From Bacillus subtilis subsp. subtilis str. 168 (GTDB lineage: Bacteria > Bacillota > Bacilli > Bacillales > Bacillaceae), in the NCBI RefSeq assembly GCF_000009045.1, contig NC_000964.3, forward strand, positions 1,830,001-1,862,000: a stretch of DNA of 32,000 nucleotides, written 5' to 3'. A program made the position numbers and the translations under genes. The notes under the pieces are model-generated. The model ran no database searches and was not told the origin of the DNA. It worked only from the letters and a program-made list of their open reading frames with translations. Positions within the stretch are counted from its first letter, which is position 1. The number at the start of each line of letters is the position of its first letter. Shown in pieces: positions 19,301 to 23,800 of the stretch.

Positions 19301-20875
19301 GATGAACAAGGCCGAGTGTGTGTAAGAATCAAGGGGATTACCTCAAGGCTGCTGGAAGAAGGCATACAACCGCCAGACGGGCCGACATCACTAGGAAACT
19401 CCAAAGCAACTCTTAACGGAGCGCTTCTTATGGCGCCGATATGGGATCGAGTGCAGCTGGAGAAGAGGAGCATTTCGCCTGCTGATGAGCGTGTTGTCAT
19501 CCTCGGAGGGGATGACAACAGCAGAAAAGCTGTTCAAAGGGAGTTTCCGTTTGCCAAGGAGCTGTACATTGAGCCGAACGCATCAATTCATAGAATTACA
19601 GGCCAGCTTGAAGCACTCGGATCGTTTGACCACATCGTGTGGATGTCTCCTTCTCGTGTGACAGAGTGCGAAGTCGGCGATGAAATGATTGAAGCCCAAG
19701 ATCAAGGCGTCATTCAAATGTATAGGCTCATTAAGGCAATGCTTTCTTTAGGCTATGGACAGAAGGAGATAAGCTGGACGATCGTGACGGTGAACACACA
19801 ATATGTTGATCAGCATGATATTGTCGACCCGGTCGATGCCGGGGTGCACGGCCTGATCGGTTCAATGTCAAAAGAATATCCAAATTGGCAGACAAAGCTG
19901 ATCGATGTTAAAAAATACGAAGACCTGCCGTTATCTCAACTCCTTTCCTTGCCTGCCGATCAAGAAGGGAATACGTGGGCCTATCGAAACAAGATTTGGC
20001 ATAAGCTTCGTCTAATTCCAGTACACAACAATCAACCGGTGCACACGAAGTATAAGCACGGAGGTGTTTATGTTGTCATAGGCGGAGCTGGCGGTATTGG
20101 TGAGGCGTGGAGTGAATATATGATCAGAACATATCAGGCGCAGATCGTTTGGATTGGCAGAAGGAAAAAGGATGCAGCCATTCAAAGCAAGCTGGACAGA
20201 TTTGCACGTCTAGGGCGAGCCCCGTATTACATTCAAGCAGATGCGGCTAACCGAGAGGAATTAGAACGCGCGTATGAAACAATGAAACAAACACATCGTG
20301 AAATCAACGGCATCATCCATTCTGCAATTGTCTTACAAGACCGAAGCCTGATGAATATGAGTGAGGAATGTTTCAGAAACGTTCTTGCTGCAAAGGTTGA
20401 TGTAAGCGTGCGAATGGCTCAAGTTTTCCGGCATGAACCACTGGATTTTGTTTTGTTTTTCTCTTCCGTACAATCGTTTGCAAGAGCTTCCGGACAAAGC
20501 AATTACGCTGCGGGTTGCAGTTTTAAGGATGCTTTTGCACAGCGGCTTTCTCAAGTATGGCCTTGTACAGTAGCCGTGATGAATTGGAGTTATTGGGGAA
20601 GCATTGGTGTTGTTTCATCACCGGATTACCAAAAGAGAATGGCTCAGGCAGGCATAGGCTCAATTGAAGCCCCTGAAGCAATGGAAGCTTTGGAATTGCT
20701 GCTCGGGGGACCGCTGAAGCAGCTAGTAATGATGAAAATGGCAAACGAAACGAATGATGAAGCGGAACAGACAGAAGAAACGATTGAAGTGTACCCGGAA
20801 ACTCACGGCTCCGCCATTCAAAAGCTGCGAAGCTATCACCCGGGTGACAACACAAAGATTCAACAACTGTTATAG
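4331..20875 (+). CDS. pksN: Hybrid NRPS / trans-AT PKS PksN (C-A-PCP, then three KS-DH-KR units, two with their own ACP)
   Basis: 16.5 kb uninterrupted ORF. The ATG at 4331 lies 8 nt after GAAGGGAG (4315-4322) and overlaps the pksM stop (ATGAATCATAA). Motifs: HHIIFDG, LAYIIYTSGSTGEPKG, GGDSL, 3x DTACSSS-type KS, 3x HxxxGxxxxP DH, 3x GGAGGxG KR. An in-frame ATG at 4409 is an alternative start. Confidence 0.93.
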   Translation: MNHKEILDAFRSGELTISEVEEHLKGMKRQLKSPLSEGQKGLWMLQKMSPGMSAYNIPLCFRFSKPIHAETFKKALLFVQRQYPVLASVIQEENGIPFQSVQLSKDLYFVEEDISAMKSADIMPFLKEKAKEPFQLEAGPLWRTHLFHRLEECIVLITIHHIIFDGVSMLTLISALFEAYQQLLNGIEPLQQPSTADYYDFVDWENRMLTGREGEEHLAYWKEQLSGSLPVLDLPADRPRSSARKFKGQAYKSLLPHHLRNQIKSFARTNHVNESVVFLSIYKVLLHHYTKQKDIIVGVPTMGRQEDRFETLIGYFINMMAVRSKNIGSQPLTAFIRELQLTVAVGLDHAAFPFPALVRELNVDRSAADSPVFQTAFLYQNFFQATGLQKVLEPYQTLGIEYIEDIRQEGEFELALEIYEQENETVLHLLYNPDLYELSSIESMMENYMKLAQHMMEDPSLPLEAYSLQLNQEQTSLLEQWNATGTNIANDKCIHEVFEEKAKQTPDAVAVMFEDRSLTYKEVDEKSTSVAVYLQHQGVRPEQPVGICAERSFDMIIGILGILKAGGAYVPLDPSFPQERLKYMLKDSQASIVLTQPNVHDRISGLTGSHVKAINIELACRNGYTDQQSSGLKREVKPEHLAYIIYTSGSTGEPKGVMVEHRSIMNTLNFLESHYPVTAEDAYLLKTNYVFDVSISELFGWFIGDGRLVILPPNGEKSPQLCMDYIETYKVTHINFVPAMLHVFLEMAKDNKRFTEDGPLKYMMVAGEAFPKVLVKKAVSLFTNCRVENIYGPTEASIYAAYFGCGKGDIASHHTPIGKPVSNTKIYIVDQHLKPVPIGKPGELCIAGAGLARGYFKKPGLTAEKFIDNPFESGTKLYKSGDSARWLPDGNIEYLGRIDSQVKIRGFRVELGAIETKLGEFPGILDQAVVVKQLEGHQQLAAYYTEESGHASANPKDLRLHLKSSLPEYMIPSHFIRLDELPLSPSGKVNRKELEKREIVFNRRKPNHLQLTEIEDQVLRIWEETLKVSGFGPEDGFFDAGGDSLLAVAVAERIKKEFDCEFHVTELFEYSTIRAISEYILEMKNSDLAGTQNEDDHDDKKDGKYPKQKIPPYFDDSVAIVGISCQFPGAKNHHDFWNHIKEGKESIRFFSEEELRANGVPEELIQHPDYVPVQSVIEGKDLFDPGFFQISPKDAEYMDPQLRLLLLHSWKAIEDAGYVAKEIPATSVYMSASSNSYRTLLPKETTEGHESPDGYVSWVLAQSGTIPTMISHKLGLKGPSYFVHSNCSSSLVGLYQAYKSLTSGESQYALVGGATLHAQSAIGYVHQNGLNFSSDGHVKAFDASADGMAGGEGVAVILLKKAVDAVKDGDHIYAIMRGIGINNDGAEKAGFYAPSVKGQTEVIQHVLDTTKIHPETVSYIEAHGTGTKLGDPIEMSALNKVYKQYTDKTQFCGIGSVKTNIGHLDTAAGLAGCIKVAMSLYHNELAPTINCTEPNPDIKFESSPFYVVRERKSLEKHAGVHRAALSSFGLGGTNAHAIFEQYENISDAGAENEGNQPYIIPISAKNSERLQVYAKEMLSYISQDEQRHFSLRDIAYTFQVGREAMDNRIVFIVNDLEEWKHQLEAFVTGKPLAEGCIQGEKTRMTSAEQLLGNAEADDMASSRISKEELRKLAEMWANGFHVEWRRLYPNIKPRRISLPTYPFAEERYWPESSTGAITTIEPSRLHPLVHHNTSVLSEQRFSSIFTGQEYFIAEHIIKGMAILPAAVTLEMARAAIEQGIGGLEDHETGIRLKNVVWVRPVVAGSEPVQVNIGLYDEDGGHIAYRMYGDPESADAEPVVYNQGKAELIQLKREKALDLSKIKKQCDQSKMDAASFYEGMIGADYGPGYKSVEAVYKGDGQLLAKLSLPESVAHTLGDYVLHPSVMDGALQAAEYLQNVVRAELSDTEDFKAALPFALEELEVFRQCVSDMWVYVQFNSKNKPGDLIQKVDIHLCDEHGMICVRLKGFSTRVMEADIQTEPSKINAETLLLQPVWQEQKAANSLAAKKYAEHLVFLCEYDHETRKQIEAAIEDVHVYSLEARPSSVDGRFHSYTEQVFKKVQEIIRTKPKDGILVQIVTSAEGEQQLFSGLTGLLKTACQENAKLTGQMIEVSSEESGESIAGKLLENQMSSDSYVKYQNGTRYIADWREIKQAKGDGSKPWKDNGVYLISGGAGGLGHIFAKEIAEQTKNATVILAGRSPLSESKSKKLKELHSKGADITYRQTDVTNKIEVYQLIDDIQKRYGRLNGILHSAGIIKDSYLVNKQAKDLHDVLAPKVKGLVYLDEASKDLPLDFFILFSSLSGSLGSIGQSDYAAANVFMDMYAGYRNRLADLSQRHGQTLSVNWPLWRDGGMQVDQETEKRLVQLAGIVPMRAEKGIQALYQALHSEANQVMVIEGDVQKIKQNMLAKNASAPMEKKEAEHMTEQINSIDADSLLDKVKAMLKREIAKLLKVKLETIDDHAEMTVYGFDSISMTEFTNHINRAYQLELTPTVFFDHPTIHAFGKHLSEEYQSVFAKTFAVRAVSAQLQPAAKQEQAVRAKAKRRRKQQVMLPNAIQSDAGPEPIAIVGISGIFPMAKDVEAYWNILKEGKDCMTEIPKDRWDWREYEGDPAKEVNKTNVKWGGFIDGIADFDPLFFGISPREAEQMEPQQRLLLTYAWKAIEDAGYSAKRLSGTKTGVFIGTGNTGYSSLLSKANSAIEGSAAANTSPSVGPNRVSYFLNLHGPSEPVDTACSSSLVAIHHAISSIEEGTCDMALAGGVNTIILPEVYISFDKAGALSKEGKCKTFSNQADGFAHGEGAGILFLKKLKAAEEAGDHIYGVIKGSAINHGGRAASLTTPNPKAQADVIQSAYQKAGIDPKTVTYIEAHGTGTELGDPVEINGLKSAFKALGVNEGDTSANPYCGLGSVKTNIGHLSLAAGAAGVIKILLQLKHKTLVKSLHCENVNPYIQLKNSPFYIVRETEEWKALKNEQGEELPRRAGVSSFGIGGVNAHVIIEEYIPEASDENIPSIAPEHPGIFVLSAKNEARLKEHAQQLADALDKQTYSDVNLARIAYTLQAGRDAMEERLGIISGSIEDLQKKLKDFAAEKSGVEDVFKGRIDKGTLQMLTEDEEIQEAVEKWMERGKYAKLLELWVKGLDVDWTKLYGENLPKRISLPTYPFAKDRYWISDHIEKSGSIDANQAASRLGGAVLHPLMHQNTSNLSEQRFSSIYTGEEFFLADHVVKGQRILPGVAHLELARAAVEQAAEVQGVPRIMKLKNAVWVRPIVVEDQPQQVHIRLLPGENGEISYEIYGHSDVTGEQSIVYSQGSAVLNPAENLPAVDLQSLREQCQESHFSVNEVYDTYRMIGFEYGPAYRGVKKIYTAEQFVLAKLSLHPSAADTLSQYKMHPGLMDSALQASSILTGAGDNQLTLPFAVQELEVFGACSSEMWVYARYSQGSKATDKVQKRDMDILDESGNVCVRMKGLSFRAAEGGSGSAESDQTLATLMFEEKWVPKDFKKESPEPHYERHIVMLCDMNGLSKDRIESRMTGAECIVLESFREGLAERFQDYAEQALETVQGLLKSRPQGNVLIQLLTSAQRKQYSFSGLSALLKTAGLENKKLIGQTIEIDSHENVESVIEKLKENKRHTEDQHIKYEKGKRYINDLDEMQIDDREISMPWRDKGVYLITGGAGGLGFIFAKEIARQAEQPVLILTGRSALNADQQAELNELQQLGARAEYRQVDVTQTEAASELITSITSDYEDLNGVIHSAGLIKDNYLMSKTNEELTQVLAPKVKGLVNVDEATEHLALDFFILFSSISSVAGSAGQADYAMANAFMDSYAAYRNALVTAMYRHGQTLSINWPLWKEGGMRANKEIENMTLKNTGVTPMRTETGIQALYKGLAFGKDQVIVMEGFKDMMREKLTQKPSSDDVPMKTVQVRVTSEARMDQGNMFDHIQEVLKQTISQLLKIKPEEIDPDMEFNQYGFDSITLTEFANTLNEKCKLDLTPTVFFEHATVYAFAGYLSEEYPNAFTAQTPAKAEVLMQPVEQNIKNMTFSTENRFVKPSVTPMQKEADHKPEPIAIVGMSGVFPKAKDVEEYWKNLSSGADCITEVPKDRWDWQEYYGDPLKEANKTNVKWGGFIDEVADFDPLFFGISPLEAEQMEPQQRLLMTYAWKAVEEAGHSARSLAGTKTGIFIGTGNTGYSSLLSNVDIEGSAAANMSPSAGPNRVSYFLNIHGPSEPIDTACSSSLVAIHHAVCAIENGNCEMAIAGGVNTVVTPQGHIAYDKAGALSKEGRCKTFSDKADGFAVSEGAGILFLKKLTAAERDGDHIYGVIKGSAVNHGGRANSLTTPNPKAQADVVKTAYEKAGIDPRTVTYIEAHGTGTELGDPVEINGLKAAFKELYEKTGDPAVHGSHCGLGSAKTNIGHLSLAAGVAGVIKVLLQLKHKTLVKSLYSETVNPYIRLDDSPFYIVQESREWQALRDEAGRELPRRAGISSFGIGGVNAHVVIEEYIPKETTHPATAPAVTAQHPGIFILSAKDEDRLKDQARQLADFISKRSITARDLTDIAYTLQEGRDAMEERLGIIAVSTGDLLEKLNLFIEGGTNAKYMYRGRAEKGIAQTLRSDDEVQKTLNNSWEPHIYERLLDLWVKGMEIGWSKLYDGKQPKRISLPTYPFAKERYWITDTKEEAAAHQTALKTVESAALHPLIHVNTSDLSEQRFSSAFTGAEFFFADHKVKGKPVMPGVAYLEMVHAAVTRAVRRTEDQQSVIHIKNVVWVQPIVADGQPVQVDISLNPQQDGEIAFNVYTEAAHNDRKIHCQGSASIRGAGDIPVQDISALQDQCSLSTLSHDQCYELFKAIGIDYGPGFQGIDRLYIGRNQALAELSLPAGVTHTLNEFVLHPSMADSALQASIGLKLNSGDEQLSLPFALQELEIFSPCTNKMWVSVTSRPNEDKIQRLDIDLCDEQGRVCVRIKGITSRLLEEGIQPPDGPTSLGNSKATLNGALLMAPIWDRVQLEKRSISPADERVVILGGDDNSRKAVQREFPFAKELYIEPNASIHRITGQLEALGSFDHIVWMSPSRVTECEVGDEMIEAQDQGVIQMYRLIKAMLSLGYGQKEISWTIVTVNTQYVDQHDIVDPVDAGVHGLIGSMSKEYPNWQTKLIDVKKYEDLPLSQLLSLPADQEGNTWAYRNKIWHKLRLIPVHNNQPVHTKYKHGGVYVVIGGAGGIGEAWSEYMIRTYQAQIVWIGRRKKDAAIQSKLDRFARLGRAPYYIQADAANREELERAYETMKQTHREINGIIHSAIVLQDRSLMNMSEECFRNVLAAKVDVSVRMAQVFRHEPLDFVLFFSSVQSFARASGQSNYAAGCSFKDAFAQRLSQVWPCTVAVMNWSYWGSIGVVSSPDYQKRMAQAGIGSIEAPEAMEALELLLGGPLKQLVMMKMANETNDEAEQTEETIEVYPETHGSAIQKLRSYHPGDNTKIQQLL
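4430..5735 (+). other. pksN: PksN condensation (C) domain
   Basis: PLSEGQKGLW near the N-terminus. Catalytic HHIIFDG at 4808-4828. Confidence 0.85.
5805..7320 (+). other. pksN: PksN adenylation (A) domain
   Basis: LTYKEVDEKS (A1), LAYIIYTSGSTGEPKG (A3, 6251-6298), FDVS (A4), NIYGPTE (A5), GELCIAGAGLARGY (A6), YKSGD (A7), GRIDSQVKIRGFRVELGAIE (A8), PSGKVNRK (A10 Lys at 7292-7294). Confidence 0.9.
7360..7575 (+). other. pksN: PksN peptidyl carrier protein (PCP) domain
   Basis: FFDAGGDSLLAV with the Ser codon at 7460-7462. Confidence 0.85.
7676..8956 (+). other. pksN: PksN KS1
   Basis: DSVAIVGISCQFPG. Cys in SNCSSS at 8189-8191, then EAHGTGTKLGDP, NIGHLDTAAG and GGTNAHAIFEQY. Confidence 0.88.
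9503..10368 (+). other. pksN: PksN dehydratase DH1
   Basis: LHPLVHHNTS. HxxxGxxxxP as EHIIKGMAILP (His at 9593-9595), YGPGY, and HPSVMDGALQ (Asp at 10106-10108). Confidence 0.82.
10940..11645 (+). other. pksN: PksN KR1
   Basis: SGGAGGLG at 10958-10981, Tyr in SDYAAAN at 11387-11389, and WPLWRDGGM. Confidence 0.82.
11752..11985 (+). other. pksN: PksN ACP1
   Basis: YGFDSISMTEF with the Ser codon at 11861-11863. Confidence 0.82.
12137..13447 (+). other. pksN: PksN KS2
   Basis: EPIAIVGISGIFP. Cys in DTACSSS at 12647-12649, then EAHGTGTELGDP, NIGHLSLAAG and GGVNAHVIIEEY. Confidence 0.88.
14024..14868 (+). other. pksN: PksN DH2
   Basis: LHPLMHQNTS, DHVVKGQRILP (His at 14114-14116), YGPAY and HPGLMDSALQ. 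Confidence 0.82.
15446..16145 (+). other. pksN: PksN KR2
   Basis: TGGAGGLG at 15461-15484, Tyr in ADYAMAN at 15890-15892, and WPLWKEGGM. Confidence 0.82.
16255..16485 (+). other. pksN: PksN ACP2
   Basis: YGFDSITLTEF with the Ser codon at 16364-16366. Confidence 0.82.
16637..17944 (+). other. pksN: PksN KS3
   Basis: EPIAIVGMSGVFP. Cys in DTACSSS at 17141-17143, then EAHGTGTELGDP, NIGHLSLAAG and GGVNAHVVIEEY. Confidence 0.88.
18521..19360 (+). other. pksN: PksN DH3
   Basis: LHPLIHVNTS, DHKVKGKPVMP (His at 18611-18613), YGPGF and HPSMADSALQ. Confidence 0.82.
20050..20740 (+). other. pksN: PksN KR3 (C-terminal domain; its module continues in PksR)
   Basis: IGGAGGIG at 20078-20101 and Tyr in SNYAAGC at 20504-20506. 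It is more divergent than KR1 and KR2: YAAGC replaces YAxAN. Confidence 0.75.
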
Positions 20876-20881
20876 GAGGGG
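20874..20881 (+). promoter_or_regulatory. Shine-Dalgarno site of pksR overlapping the pksN stop codon
   Basis: AGGAGGGG lies 8 nt before ATG 20890. The pksN TAG stop is at 20873-20875. Confidence 0.8.
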
Positions 20882-20889
20882 AAACGCCA

Positions 20890-23800
20890 ATGCTGAACAC
20901 AGAAGACATTCTCTGTAAAATGCTTTTCGCACAATTACAGTCCATAGGGTTTTTCACAGAAAGTAAATCCCAGCCGGTATTGGAGAATTTCTATGGCAGA
21001 TGGTTTGAAGAAAGCCAATCGATTTTAGAACGGCATCAATTTCTCAAGCGAACGGAGAACGGACATGTTCCAACACGCTCAATAGGCACCATGAGCGAGC
21101 TGTGGAAAGAATGGAATGAACAAAAATTTGACCTGCTTCAAGACAATAATATGAAAGCCATGGTGACATTGGTGGAGACAGCACTTAAAGCCTTGCCGGA
21201 GATTCTGACCGGCAAGGCGTCAGCCACCGATATCCTGTTTCCGAATTCATCTATGGATTTAGTAGAAGGGGTCTATAAAAACAATCAAGTCGCAGACTAT
21301 TTTAATGATGTTCTTGCAGATACGTTAACAGCCTATCTGCAAGAACGTCTGAAGCAAGAGCCTGAGGCGAAGATTCGAATATTAGAAATCGGAGCCGGGA
21401 CCGGCGGGACAAGCGCGGCTGTTTTTCAAAAATTGAAAGCATGGCAGACACATATAAAAGAATATTGTTATACAGATCTGTCTAAAGCTTTTTTAATGCA
21501 TGCAGAAAATAAGTATGGTCCTGACAATCCATATTTGACATATAAACGATTTAATGTCGAGGAGCCGGCGTCTGAACAGCATATTGATGCGGGAGGCTAC
21601 GACGCGGTCATCGCGGCAAATGTGCTTCATGCCACAAAAAATATCCGGCAGACATTGCGAAATGCAAAAGCAGTTTTGAAAAAAAACGGGCTGCTCCTTT
21701 TAAATGAAATAAGTAATCATAATATATATTCGCATTTGACGTTCGGCCTTTTAGAGGGCTGGTGGCTGTATGAGGATCCTGATCTCCGCATACCGGGCTG
21801 CCCGGGCCTGTATCCAGACACTTGGAAAATGGTGCTTGAGAGTGAAGGATTTCGCTATGTTTCCTTTATGGCTGAACAATCGCATCAACTCGGCCAGCAG
21901 ATCATTGCCGCTGAAAGTAACGGAGTCGTCCGTCAAAAGAAGAGAACGGAGGCAGAAGAAGATCCAAGCCATATACAAATGAATGCTGAAATCGATCATT
22001 CACAGGAAAGCGATTCTCTCATCGAACAAACGGCACAATTTGTGAAGCATACGCTGGCAAAATCAATCAAACTATCACCAGAACGTATTCACGAAGATAC
22101 GACATTTGAGAAGTATGGAATTGATTCGATTTTGCAGGTGAATTTCATTCGTGAATTAGAAAAAGTGACGGGAGAGCTTCCAAAAACCATTTTATTTGAA
22201 CATAACAACACAAAAGAACTCGTCGAATATTTAGTAAAGGGGCATGAAAATAAGCTTCGGACAGCATTGTTAAAGGAAAAAACGAAGCCTGCAAAAAATG
22301 AAGCTCCACTTCAAACAGAGCGTACAGATCCTAATAAGCCATTTACTTTTCATACACGCCGCTTTGTTACAGAGCAGGAAGTCACGGAAACTCAGCTAGC
22401 AAATACCGAACCACTAAAAATAGAAAAGACAAGTAATTTGCAAGGAACACATTTTAATGATTCTAGTACAGAAGATATCGCAATAATCGGGGTAAGCGGG
22501 CGCTATCCGATGTCTAACAGTTTAGAAGAGCTTTGGGGGCATTTAATCGCCGGAGACAATTGTATTACAGAGGCACCGGAATCCAGATGGCGCACATCTT
22601 TATTGAAAACATTATCAAAAGATCCAAAAAAGCCGGCAAATAAGAAACGCTATGGCGGATTTTTACAAGATATAGAGGCATTTGACCATCAGCTTTTTGA
22701 GGTGGAGCAAAACCGGGTGATGGAAATGACACCGGAACTCCGTTTATGTTTAGAAACCGTCTGGGAAACGTTTGAGGACGGCGGCTATACGCGAACCCGG
22801 CTGGATAAATTGCGGGATGATGACGGAGTAGGTGTTTTTATAGGGAATATGTATAACCAGTATTTTTGGAATATCCCATCTTTAGAGCAGGCAGTCCTCA
22901 GCTCAAATGGGGGAGACTGGCACATTGCAAATCGCGTTTCCCACTTTTTTAACCTGACCGGACCGAGTATCGCTGTCAGCTCAGCATGCTCTAGTTCATT
23001 AAACGCCATACATCTTGCGTGTGAAAGCCTGAAATTGAAAAACTGCTCAATGGCGATTGCTGGAGGTGTCAATTTAACACTCGATCTCTCTAAATATGAT
23101 TCTTTGGAGCGTGCCAATCTGCTGGGAAGCGGCAATCAAAGCAAAAGTTTTGGCACCGGAAACGGGCTTATTCCCGGGGAAGGCGTCGGAGCTGTCCTGT
23201 TAAAACCACTTTCGAAGGCGATGGAAGATCAGGATCATATTTACGCTGTGATCAAAAGCAGTTTTGCTAACCATAGCGGCGGAAGACAGATGTATACAGC
23301 TCCGGACCCGAAGCAGCAAGCAAAGTTAATTGTCAAGTCGATTCAGCAGTCGGGCATTGATCCAGAGACTATCGGCTATATTGAATCGGCGGCAAATGGT
23401 TCGGCGCTGGGCGATCCTATTGAAGTAATTGCCTTAACAAACGCGTTTCAACAATATACAAACAAGAAACAGTTTTGTGCGATAGGCTCTGTCAAATCCA
23501 ATCTGGGGCATTTAGAGGCGGCTTCCGGTATTTCTCAGCTGACAAAAGTGCTGCTGCAGATGAAGAAAGGGACGCTGGTGCCGACAATTAACGCGATGCC
23601 TGTCAATCCAAATATTAAGCTGGAACACACGGCTTTCTATCTTCAGGAACAAACAGAGCCATGGCATCGCTTGAATGATCCTGAAACTGGAAAACAATTG
23701 CCGCGCAGAAGCATGATCAATTCCTTCGGAGCGGGGGGAGCCTATGCCAATCTTATTATAGAAGAATATATGGAGACGGCCCCTGAGAAAGAACATATCG

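Noticed and set aside
7676-20875. Large-scale periodicity that could be mistaken for a repeat array or a mobile element
   Set aside because: The period is about 4.5 kb and the repeats are in-frame PKS modules within one ORF. There are no short direct repeats with spacers, no terminal inverted repeats and no transposase or integrase genes.
20523-20957. 144-aa minus-strand ORF spanning the pksN/pksR junction
   Set aside because: It overlaps the 3' end of pksN, the pksR SD and the pksR start. It has no motif or SD, and the junction is fully explained by the two sense genes.
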